A stretch of DNA of 64,000 nt from the NCBI GenBank assembly GCA_001817065.1, contig MHHQ01000005.1, forward strand, positions 18,651-82,650. The letters are read 5' to 3'. This document shows positions 56,000-64,000 of the stretch, one piece after another. The notes under the pieces were generated by a model that saw only the letters and a list, made by a program, of their open reading frames with translations, was not told where the DNA came from and did not search any database. The position numbers and the translations under genes are program-made. How positions within the stretch are numbered: the first letter of the stretch is position 1; every line of letters starts with the position of its first letter. Origin of the DNA: Candidatus Andersenbacteria bacterium RIFCSPHIGHO2_02_FULL_46_16 (GTDB lineage Bacteria; Patescibacteriota; Andersenbacteria; UBA10190).

Positions 56000-56488
56000 T
56001 TACGCTGAAATGTTATGTAATTGGTATTTATTGTCAACAAGACAAAGTGCGGCGGCTAAAGCATCAGCCGCATCGTCCGGTTGGGGTAGGTTATTTAAAT
56101 GGAGGCGGCCTTGGATGGCTTGTTGCACTTGTTTTTTGTCAGCATGACCGAAACCAGTAATTTGCGACTTGATTTGCAGAGGGGTGAGTGAATAAACTGG
56201 GACGTGATGAAAGCGCAGCAGATAAGAAAACACCCCGCGGGCCTGGGCGGTTAGCATGGCAGTGCTGGTGTTAGTATTAAAGAATATTTGTTCAATGACG
56301 GCCACATCGGGGCGGTATTGTTTAATGAGGACGGATAAGTCCTGACCTAATTGCAGTAAACGGTCGGCGGTGGAAAGGATGGGCTTTGTGGTCAGGCAAC
56401 CACAACTAACAAAAATTTGCGACTGCTTGGTGTTGAGCAGGCCATAGCCGGTGCGTGCTAAGCCGGGATCGAGGCCGAGGATGATCAT
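56000..56488 (-). CDS. ruvC: Holliday junction resolvase RuvC
   Basis: 'IILGLDPGLARTGYGL' and catalytic acidic residues. 162 aa. Confidence 0.85.
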   Translation of the reverse strand: MIILGLDPGLARTGYGLLNTKQSQIFVSCGCLTTKPILSTADRLLQLGQDLSVLIKQYRPDVAVIEQIFFNTNTSTAMLTAQARGVFSYLLRFHHVPVYSLTPLQIKSQITGFGHADKKQVQQAIQGRLHLNNLPQPDDAADALAAALCLVDNKYQLHNISA

Positions 56489-56537
56489 AAGAATAGGCGG
56501 TCTAGGAAGTAAGCTGATGCAAGGAAATGATTGGTAG

Positions 56538-57065
56538 TTAAATTGTTACGTCGGTAAAAACTGACCTAACGTCAGGATGGTCTTGGAGGTTTTTAATGAG
56601 GTTGGTTAGCGGTTGTTGGTAAGCGGGATTGCTGGGCTGGATAAACTGGGGAGCAAATTGGCCGAGAGCAGTTTGCTTGAATTTCCATAAAACACTATGC
56701 GGTTCACTGAGAGTGGCTTCGTGTTGGTTGAGCAGATGGCGGATTTCAGCTACGGTGCGTTTGGTGTTGTTGGTATCGACAATAATCAGCAAGGCAGCGC
56801 CACCGGGACCAAAGGCTTCATAAGTCGCCGATTGCAGGGTAGTGGAGGATGTTTTTTGGAGAAGGTTATCAATGTTGTCCTGGGGCATGTTGGCTTGCTT
56901 GGCTTTAGCAATTGCTTCACGGAGCGACGGGTTTTGGTCGGGGTTGGGGTTAGACCGAGTGGCAGCACTGATTTGTTTAGCCAAGCGGGTAAATTGTTCA
57001 CCGCGCTTGCTGTCAGTGACTGATTTTTTATGTTTAATTTGATGCCACTTAGAATGTCCAGACAT
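56538..57065 (-). CDS. yebC: YebC/PmpR-family transcriptional regulator (compact 175-aa form)
   Basis: 'MSGHSKWHQIKHKKSVTDSKRGEQFTRLAKQI' is the canonical YebC N-terminus. Shorter than the usual 240 aa or so. Confidence 0.8.
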   Translation of the reverse strand: MSGHSKWHQIKHKKSVTDSKRGEQFTRLAKQISAATRSNPNPDQNPSLREAIAKAKQANMPQDNIDNLLQKTSSTTLQSATYEAFGPGGAALLIIVDTNNTKRTVAEIRHLLNQHEATLSEPHSVLWKFKQTALGQFAPQFIQPSNPAYQQPLTNLIKNLQDHPDVRSVFTDVTI

Positions 57066-57104
57066 GCCTCAAGTTTAAGATGCGAAAGTAAAAGAGCAAG
57101 CAGG

Positions 57105-57797
57105 TTAATTAGTCGGCGCGGACGATGTGATAATCTCTGCTTGCTGGGCAATAATCAGGCTGTTGATAACTTGGGGGACAGTATTGATGGAGACGAGCCC
57201 AATGGTTGGTCCGTTAATGAAACTGTCGGTGAGACGACATGGTGTCTGGGACTGGAATAAACCGACGGACCCTCGATAGATTTTAGTTTGGCTGATGGCG
57301 ACGTGACTATTGGGCAGGCAACTGATGGCCGGGGAGGCATCGTTGATGGAAACGTGTTGCAGATCAATACTGGCTTGTGGTTGGGCCATGAGGCCAAGCC
57401 AGGTTTGGTTGAGGGGATGTTTTTCGTTGGACTGGAAAGTGATCGGAAGGGTGCTGGTTCCTTGGGCAAATAAACGACCATCAACAACTAGGGCGGTGTT
57501 TTCGGCGGCAAATATTTTAACACCCGGCTCAACGGTAACCGTAACTAAAGGATTAATGCGGGTGGTATTAACTAAGAGATACGGATTATGGCTAGCAGTG
57601 AGAGTTATGTTTTCCCGAATCACCGAAGGCAAGAAGATGCCGGTGGTAAAGAGAGGGGTGTGATAGTCGGGCTGGACAATAAATTCTGGTAAATAGAGAC
57701 GACTTTGCCAGTCGGTAGGAAATTTGTGTTCAATAGCGACAGCGAGCGGGAGTAAAAATAAGGCAAGAGTAATTAAGAGAGTGGGCAGGTGACGCAT
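57105..57797 (-). CDS. Secreted hypothetical protein
   Basis: Signal peptide 'LLITLALFLLPLAVA'. Beta-rich, no motif. Confidence 0.45.
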   Translation of the reverse strand: MRHLPTLLITLALFLLPLAVAIEHKFPTDWQSRLYLPEFIVQPDYHTPLFTTGIFLPSVIRENITLTASHNPYLLVNTTRINPLVTVTVEPGVKIFAAENTALVVDGRLFAQGTSTLPITFQSNEKHPLNQTWLGLMAQPQASIDLQHVSINDASPAISCLPNSHVAISQTKIYRGSVGLFQSQTPCRLTDSFINGPTIGLVSINTVPQVINSLIIAQQAEIITSSAPTN

Positions 57798-58184
57798 AGT
57801 ATAGACATATATATATTACACCAATACAAATTTTTACTGGTGATTTAAGCAGCTGTAAATGGCATGGGTTAAAGGGAGAAGTGAGGAAAATAAGGATATC
57901 CTCGGCTGATAACTGTAGACAGTAGAAGATAAGTATCGAGGCGTTTAGTCGCTGCGTCGGAGACGAAGCCACTGAACCCAACTGGATGCAGATCCCCCTA
58001 ATGATTGCCTACAGTTATCAACAGGGAACTACTAATAATAACGCAAAGGAAGGGTGATGGTCAAATGCGGGGGCGTGACTGACTGGTTGGCGATGGAGAA
58101 GATGGTAAACTGGTCTTTCGGGCTGGAGGTTTGTCACGGAAGAGACTTAGTGTTAGAGGGTTTAGTTATTGTTATACTTAGAAG

Positions 58185-59213
58185 ATGGCTATTGAAACAA
58201 CAAATACGTCTGTGACGGTGACAGCGACTCGCAGCAGTGAAGATGTGTCATTGGACATGGCGCTTCGTCCCAAGAGTTTGGCAGAGTTTATTGGACAAGC
58301 CAAATTGAAACAGTCCTTGCAGGTGTTTTTACAAGCTGCGAAAGATCGTGGGGAGGCGATGGATCATGTGTTGTTGGCTGGACCACCCGGCTTGGGCAAG
58401 ACAAGCTTGGCGCATATTATTGCTCACGAATTGGGTAGCAATATCAAGGTGACGGCTGGGCCGGCCTTAACTAAGGTGGCTGATTTGGCGGGCGTTTTAA
58501 CAAACCTGGAGGAAGGAGATGTTTTGTTTATTGATGAGGTGCATCGGTTACAGCGATCAATTGAAGAGGTGCTATATCCAGCGATGGAGGATTATTCTTT
58601 GGACTTAGTGGTAGGACAGGGTCCGGGAGCGAGAACGTTGCGGTTGGAATTACCGCGGTTTACTTTAGTGGGGGCCACGACGCGGGTGGGTATGTTGGGA
58701 TCGCCTTTGCGTGACCGGTTTGGCATGACTTACCGGCTGGACTTTTATGAAGAGGATGAGGTGGTAAAAATTCTAAGGAGGTCGGCAAAATTATTGGGAG
58801 TGGCTATTGATAAAGAGTCGTTAGTGGAGGTGTCCCGACGATGTCGACGAACACCGCGGGTGGCAAATAGATTATTAAAGAGAATCCGTGATTTTGCCCA
58901 AGTTAAAAAGCACAAGATGGTGGAGAAGGACGTCGTGGAAATGGCGTTAGAAATGCTGGAGATTGATGAGGTGGGGCTTGACTCGGTGGACCGGTTAGCC
59001 ATGAGGGTACTGGCGGAACAGTTCAAGGGTGGTCCAGTAGGCTTACAAACACTAGCAGCGGTCATGGCGGAAGAAGAAAGAACTTTGGAAGAAGTTATTG
59101 AACCATATTTATTGCAGTGCGGTTTTATACAAAGAACGCCAAGAGGCAGATTGTTAACAGAGAGCGGGATGAGACATATTGGGCTAAATGATGAGCAAGG
59201 CAAGTTGGTTTAG
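58185..59213 (+). CDS. ruvB: Holliday junction branch-migration helicase RuvB
   Basis: 'LLAGPPGLGKTSLA' Walker A, 'VLFIDEVHRL' Walker B, sensor motifs. 342 aa. Confidence 0.9.
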   Translation: MAIETTNTSVTVTATRSSEDVSLDMALRPKSLAEFIGQAKLKQSLQVFLQAAKDRGEAMDHVLLAGPPGLGKTSLAHIIAHELGSNIKVTAGPALTKVADLAGVLTNLEEGDVLFIDEVHRLQRSIEEVLYPAMEDYSLDLVVGQGPGARTLRLELPRFTLVGATTRVGMLGSPLRDRFGMTYRLDFYEEDEVVKILRRSAKLLGVAIDKESLVEVSRRCRRTPRVANRLLKRIRDFAQVKKHKMVEKDVVEMALEMLEIDEVGLDSVDRLAMRVLAEQFKGGPVGLQTLAAVMAEEERTLEEVIEPYLLQCGFIQRTPRGRLLTESGMRHIGLNDEQGKLV

Positions 59214-59346
59214 AGAGATTTAGCACAACAACTTATCCCAAAGGATCCTTTTAGGGCAAACAATAATGATTCGGCTAAAAACTTAACTAACCCACGGCGA
59301 GTTACTAGGAAGCAAGAGGAGGGTCTTGTTTTTTGACTCTGGGTGA

Positions 59347-59618
59347 GCTAAGTCACCGTCTCAAAATAACTTAACCGTCTCTCGCCCACTATGCAATCTA
59401 CGACTTTTTCTCCAGCCTTCGCCAAGGCTACGGCCGGCAGGTAATCGCGAAACACTTACCGTAGTACTGCGCTTCGTATTTCGCTCCAGCTGTCGCTACC
59501 ACCTTCGCTAAAGCTACGGTGGTCAAGAAAGCTATGGCCGGCAGGCAATCGAAAAAGCTGTATCTCGGCGCAGATTGAACGAGAGATCTGACCAAGTTAT
59601 TTATTTACGGTGCATAAG
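59347..59618. mobile_element. MITE-like element copy B (272 bp; two internal duplications of about 35 and 75 bp relative to copy A)
   Basis: Ends GCTAAGTCACCGTCTCAAAATAACTT … AAGTTATTTATTTACGGTGCATAAG. Shares 'ctctcgcccactatgca', 'gtagtactgcgcttcgtatttcgctc' and 'gtatctcggcgcagattgaacgag' with copy A. Confidence 0.55.
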
Positions 59619-59670
59619 TCGTATTGAATGTTTGTTTTTGGAAGTTTGGTAAGCTAGTGTTTAAAAAGGT

Positions 59671-60198
59671 ATGAGCATCGCTAATGTTATTACGGGTAGC
59701 CGCTTGATATGGTTTGTGGTTTTTATTTGGGCGGTCGAGACTGACCGGTTGGGTTGGGCGGCCTTAATGTTTTTGGCGGCATGGGGGTTGGATGCGGCGG
59801 ACGGTTGGATGGCGCGTCGGTTGGGGCAAGTGACTGAGTTTGGTTATGTTTTTGACAAAGCGGTAGATAGAACTGTTTTAATAGTTGGCTTGATGGTTTT
59901 ATTAATGAACCAAGTAGTGCCGGATTATGCTTTCTTGATTTTAGCGAAAGACGTTGCTGCTTTGCCAAGCGTTACGGTACAATTCAAGTCGATGCGGGTA
60001 ATCCCTAGTATGGGGAAAGGAGGAAAACTGGTGGTAGTGGGACAGGGGTTGGCGGTGTTTTGGGTATGGGCTAACTTACCGGGTGGTTGGTGGGTAGTGT
60101 TGGGAGTGGCAATGCTTGGGGTGGTGGTGGGCGGGCAGTATGTTTGGCGGGTTTATAGCAATAGTGGGAGGAGCACCCCTGAGGCTGTGGAAAACTAA
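59671..60198 (+). CDS. CDP-alcohol phosphatidyltransferase family protein
   Basis: 'DAADGWMARRLGQVTEFGYVFDKAVDR' matches D-G-x2-A-R…G-x3-D-x3-D. Multi-TM. Confidence 0.7.
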   Translation: MSIANVITGSRLIWFVVFIWAVETDRLGWAALMFLAAWGLDAADGWMARRLGQVTEFGYVFDKAVDRTVLIVGLMVLLMNQVVPDYAFLILAKDVAALPSVTVQFKSMRVIPSMGKGGKLVVVGQGLAVFWVWANLPGGWWVVLGVAMLGVVVGGQYVWRVYSNSGRSTPEAVEN

Positions 60199-60266
60199 TA
60201 ATAGTGAATTTAGTGCGAGTGTTATAATATAAAGATAGAAAATAAACAGACGAAATAAACAAAAGT

Positions 60267-62261
60267 ATGGAGGGGAATCTACAACCAGATTTTTTTAGCG
60301 TAGGAGCGCGAGTAACTTCAGCGGCAGCATTGGCTGTTTTTTTGTTGTTAGGATTACCGCTGTTGGTGTCGGCTAGCGAGGCAGACGTGGTGATTAACGA
60401 ATTGATGTGGGACGGTGAAGAATATGTTGAGCTGTTCAATCAAACAGGGCAGGAGATTAGTTTGGCAGGGTGGACTTTAACTCGGCAACAGGCAGGCGGC
60501 GAGGTAAAGGAACTTGTGGAATGGGAGGAGGAAGACGAGCTAGGGGCTGGTGAATATTATTTACTGGAAAGCAAGGAAGAAGCGACAACGGTGATAGCGG
60601 ATAAGGTGGACTCGAGTGTCATGCTGGTTAATACAGGAGAGCTGATTACTTTGTGGGATGCGCAGAAGAATATGGTGGACCAGGCCAACCGGCTTGGTGG
60701 GTGGTTTGCCGGAGACGGTAAGACAGAGAAAGCGATGGAGAGGACGGCGGCGGGGAGCGACGGTCTAATAGCTAGCAGCTGGCATACGTCAACCGGCGAG
60801 ACGGGTGGGCGACTCGGAACGCCAAAACAGATAAATAGTCAGCCTCATATTAACGAGGCGCCGGAGGCGGCAATGACTGCGCCGAGCAGCGGATTGGTAG
60901 GGGAGCAATTAATTTTCACAGCGGAGGATGCGAGCGATGCAGAGGATGACGATTTAACATATGAGTGGACAATGGGTGACGATACTGTCCTGAGTGGAGT
61001 GGAGGTAGCGCATAGCTATAATCGAGCGGGAACGTTTGCGGTAGAAGTAACCGTGTCGGATGGGCAGGCAGAAGATAAGGTGGTGAGTGAAGTCGTCATA
61101 AAAGAGCCAGAATATTCAGACGAAATCATTGTTAATGAGTGGCTGCCTGACCCGGTAGGGAATGATGCCGAGGGAGAGTTTATTGAATTAAAAAATAAAG
61201 GGAATAAGCTGGTTGATTTAGCAGGTTGGCAGCTGGATGACGGGGAAGGAGGAAGTGCTGAGTATGTTATTCCGGCGGGAGTAAAAATTGCGGCAGGGGA
61301 AATTAAATTATTTAAGCGGGAAGAGACTGGGCTTGCATTAAATAATAGCAGTGACAGTGTGCGGCTGAAGGATCCGTTAGGACGGATCAAAGCAGAGCAA
61401 GGTTATGAAACAACTAAAGAAGGGTACTCTTTTAACTGGAAGGTGGACGGTAGTCCATTACTTAGCACGACGCCAACACCCGGGTTGGCAAATAATATAA
61501 CAGTGCCGGTTAACGAAGAAGAAGTTGATGAGGAGGAAGACGAGAGGGCCCTGGCAGTTAAAGGTGTGGTGGCAGGGAGTAAAATAACTAAAATCGTTTT
61601 AGCGCAGGTGAGGCAAGAGGAAAAAGGGGCGATGGTGGAGGTAGTTGGTGTGGTGAGCGTACCGCCCGGGGTGTTGGGGGACAGAGTAATTTATTTGTCT
61701 GGTTCTGGGGTGCAGGTATATTTATCTAAGGCAGATTGGCCAAAAATTAACCTGGGTGACACGATTAGGCTAACGGGAGAAGTATCGGCAAGCAGCGGAG
61801 AGACAAGGCTTAAGTTGGCACAAGCGAGCGATATCACAATTACCAGCAAAGGGGCTGCGCCACAACCGCATCGTCTGGAGACGGGTGAGGTGGGGGAGGA
61901 AACGGAAGGATGGCTGGTAACGATACAAGGAAAGGTAACAGAGACTAGCGGGGATACTTTTTATATGGATGATGGCAGCGGTGAGACAAGGGTATACATT
62001 AAGTCTTCAACCAAGATAGATAAGCCGCAAATGAAAAAGGGGGCTGTGGTAACGGTGACCGGAGTTGTTTCAGAAACGAGTAGCGGCTATCGGGTGTTGC
62101 CGAGATGGCAGGAAGATGTGCGGCTAGGGTTGGTGGCTGGCATGACAAGTTTTCCGGCGACGGGTGGAGAAAGCAGTTGGCTGATGATTGCAGTGGGGAT
62201 GGCGGTGTGGCTGTTAAAGGGAGCGCGGCAAAAAGGGGAGCCGCTGGTTAGGAATTGGTAA
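60267..62261 (+). CDS. Secreted protein with two lamin-tail domains (LTD) and a PKD domain, C-terminal membrane anchor
   Basis: LTD signatures 'VVINELMWDGEEYVELFNQTGQEISLAGWTL' and 'IIVNEWLPDPVGNDAEGEFIELKNKGNKLVDLAGWQL'. PKD-like 'TYEWTMGDDTVLSGVEVAHSYNRAGTFAVEVTVSDG'. C-terminal TM segment. Confidence 0.65.
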   Translation: MEGNLQPDFFSVGARVTSAAALAVFLLLGLPLLVSASEADVVINELMWDGEEYVELFNQTGQEISLAGWTLTRQQAGGEVKELVEWEEEDELGAGEYYLLESKEEATTVIADKVDSSVMLVNTGELITLWDAQKNMVDQANRLGGWFAGDGKTEKAMERTAAGSDGLIASSWHTSTGETGGRLGTPKQINSQPHINEAPEAAMTAPSSGLVGEQLIFTAEDASDAEDDDLTYEWTMGDDTVLSGVEVAHSYNRAGTFAVEVTVSDGQAEDKVVSEVVIKEPEYSDEIIVNEWLPDPVGNDAEGEFIELKNKGNKLVDLAGWQLDDGEGGSAEYVIPAGVKIAAGEIKLFKREETGLALNNSSDSVRLKDPLGRIKAEQGYETTKEGYSFNWKVDGSPLLSTTPTPGLANNITVPVNEEEVDEEEDERALAVKGVVAGSKITKIVLAQVRQEEKGAMVEVVGVVSVPPGVLGDRVIYLSGSGVQVYLSKADWPKINLGDTIRLTGEVSASSGETRLKLAQASDITITSKGAAPQPHRLETGEVGEETEGWLVTIQGKVTETSGDTFYMDDGSGETRVYIKSSTKIDKPQMKKGAVVTVTGVVSETSSGYRVLPRWQEDVRLGLVAGMTSFPATGGESSWLMIAVGMAVWLLKGARQKGEPLVRNW

Positions 62262-62578
62262 CTAGGCAAACAATTTACAAACCGAGAACAAATTTTCCAA
62301 ACCATAACAAATTGGTAACAAACTTTACAAACAAACTTATTCCAACGGGACCCCTTTGGGGCAAACCATAACGAACCCCAAGCTTGCTAGTGTAATTTAC
62401 GGTCAATTTAAAAACGGTAACAAGCAAGCAAAAAAAGTGAGAGTTTTGTGTCTAGGCTTGGTCAGGGATAAAAAGTAATAGCGCATTGATTGTTTTGGGG
62501 TATCTTTATGATTGATGTCGTTAAATGGTTTAGGAATTAGCGGCATTTTTAGTTATATTGATTGAACTGAAGTAAATT

Positions 62579-63649
62579 ATGAAAAACAAAAATAAAGCTA
62601 GAATTGTAATTTTAGGCGGAGGCAATGGAACTTCGCGGCTTTTAATTGCGCTCTTGCCTTTATTGATCAAGGAAGAGATTGCCTCGCTACATGCTATAGT
62701 GCATATGTCAGATGATGGAGGTTCAACCGGTCGGTTACGTGATCAATATGGTGTATCGGCAGTGGGGGATCTGACTAAGTCGCTGATGGCGTTAAGTCCG
62801 ATGAGGGGCGATTTGCGTGGGAATGAATTTTTAGCAGCCTTGGAATATAGATTTAGCGAAGGGGATTTTCAGGGACATACGGTGCGTAATATTTTGTTGG
62901 TGGCATTAGAGAAGACACAACCAGCAGCTGAGGCGGTGGATGAGGGTGACGCACCGATTGATCGAGCGCTGGCTGTACTAGCTCGGGTTTTACGGGTGCC
63001 GAAGCATGCCGGGGTGGTGCCGACAACGACTACTTCGTTGACGGAGCAGGCGGTGATTCTTTTTAATGGCGACAGTAATTTATTGGGAGAGGGGCAGCAC
63101 TCTATTTCTCATCGGGTAAATATGCAGGCGGATCCTCGCTGGCAACCCGGTGATGTCAAGGTTCGGTTTGCCGAAGGGGATGTCCCATTAAACAAGAGAG
63201 CGGAGAAAATTTTAGAACAGGCCACGCATATTATTGTGGCACCGGGGCACACTTATGGGACAATTTTACCGACACTGGCACTGCCTGATTTACAGCGGGT
63301 GATAAAGCGAACGCATGCAAAACTATTAACTGTGATGACGTTGTTAACAACACCGCATCAGACAGCGGGCTGGGACGGGGAGGATTTTGTTAGTGTTTAT
63401 GAATCATATTTAGGCAGAGGAATGGATGTGGTAATAGCGAACAAGCAGGAGGCGACTATTGAGATGGTAGAGGGACAGGACTGGGTACGGTTTAAAGGAC
63501 GGAAAGTATCGTATCGGTTGATCGAGGATAATTTGGTAAGCGGGTCTTTGCAAACAGCGCAGCGGGGAGATGTGGTGCCGCGAGCGGTGGTAGTGCATGA
63601 CAGCGCTAGATTACAGAAACTGATTGGGAACTTGTTAGGGCTGGTTTAA
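62579..63649 (+). CDS. YvcK/CofD (UPF0052) family protein
   Basis: 'IVILGGGNGTSRLL…MSDDGGSTGRLR' signature. Confidence 0.75.
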   Translation: MKNKNKARIVILGGGNGTSRLLIALLPLLIKEEIASLHAIVHMSDDGGSTGRLRDQYGVSAVGDLTKSLMALSPMRGDLRGNEFLAALEYRFSEGDFQGHTVRNILLVALEKTQPAAEAVDEGDAPIDRALAVLARVLRVPKHAGVVPTTTTSLTEQAVILFNGDSNLLGEGQHSISHRVNMQADPRWQPGDVKVRFAEGDVPLNKRAEKILEQATHIIVAPGHTYGTILPTLALPDLQRVIKRTHAKLLTVMTLLTTPHQTAGWDGEDFVSVYESYLGRGMDVVIANKQEATIEMVEGQDWVRFKGRKVSYRLIEDNLVSGSLQTAQRGDVVPRAVVVHDSARLQKLIGNLLGLV

Positions 63650-63705
63650 CAGGTATGTTGGTGAGGGGCTAACTAACAGGTAATTAGACAGTGTATAATC
63701 AATCC

Positions 63706-64000
63706 ATGGACGGTGATCAGTCGAGAGCTTATGGGACAGTGGAGGCCAGATTGGATGCTCTGAATGTGCAGCAGGAGGAGCGGCTGGCGCGACGGCGAGC
63801 GCGGTTATTGCAGTTGCCGTATGTTGATCTGTTCGCTTTTCCTTTTGAGCCCAGTATTCTTGAGATGGTACCCAAAACTGAAGCGCAAGTGGTCGGGGCG
63901 GTGCTGTTTTATAAACGGGGGAATGACATAAAGATTGGCGCGGTTAATCCGCAAATCGAAGGGTTTGTTGAGTTATTGGACAGACTTAAAGTGCGGTTTG
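63706..64000 (+). CDS. GspE/PilB-type secretion ATPase, N-terminal (T2SSE_N-like) domain; 3' end beyond window
   Basis: Frame open to the window end. 'LLQLPYVDLFAFPFEPSILEMVPKTEAQVVGAVLFYKRGNDIKIGAVNP' resembles the GspE N-terminal domain. TGTGTATAAT extended -10 lies 7 nt upstream of the ATG. Confidence 0.45.
   Translation, partial: MDGDQSRAYGTVEARLDALNVQQEERLARRRARLLQLPYVDLFAFPFEPSILEMVPKTEAQVVGAVLFYKRGNDIKIGAVNPQIEGFVELLDRLKVRF

Overview
This 64-kb window looks like a compact bacterial chromosome segment that spans the replication-origin region, with several accessory islands inserted between housekeeping genes. The housekeeping content is clear: infB, rbfA, an NrnA-like DHH phosphoesterase, a YmdB-like phosphoesterase and hup; then, on the minus strand, rpmH, rnpA, yidD, yidC and jag, facing dnaA, dnaN and recF with DnaA-box clusters between them. 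Further housekeeping genes are PBP1A, ruvC, yebC, ruvB, rsmA and an M23/LysM peptidase. A cell-surface glycan cluster is also present, with two Wzy-like ligases, three GT2 glycosyltransferases and a Wzx flippase. Two tRNAs (Pro-UGG, Gly-UCC) each sit next to repeat-rich, AT-rich accessory DNA; the segment after tRNA-Gly carries an IS701/IS4-like transposase remnant. The most notable accessory region is a plus-strand type IV secretion-like cluster of about 10 kb. It contains a VirB6-like polytopic membrane protein, a PrgI/VirB3-like protein, a VirB4 ATPase that appears split into two ORFs, and a VirB2-like pilin. It is punctuated by a family of strongly strand-biased A+C-rich intergenic repeats, a 104-bp tandem array, a four-helix-bundle protein and a GC-rich palindromic element. 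It is preceded by duplicated modules pairing a membrane-anchored protein carrying TSP3-like repeats with a giant secreted protein. Other notable items are an ATP-grasp–retropepsin fusion adjacent to a PKD/7TM protein, two copies of a MITE-like element, and rpmH, which the six-frame ORF track missed. Nothing here is CRISPR, rRNA or prophage-like. All functional calls rest on motif recognition without database searches.
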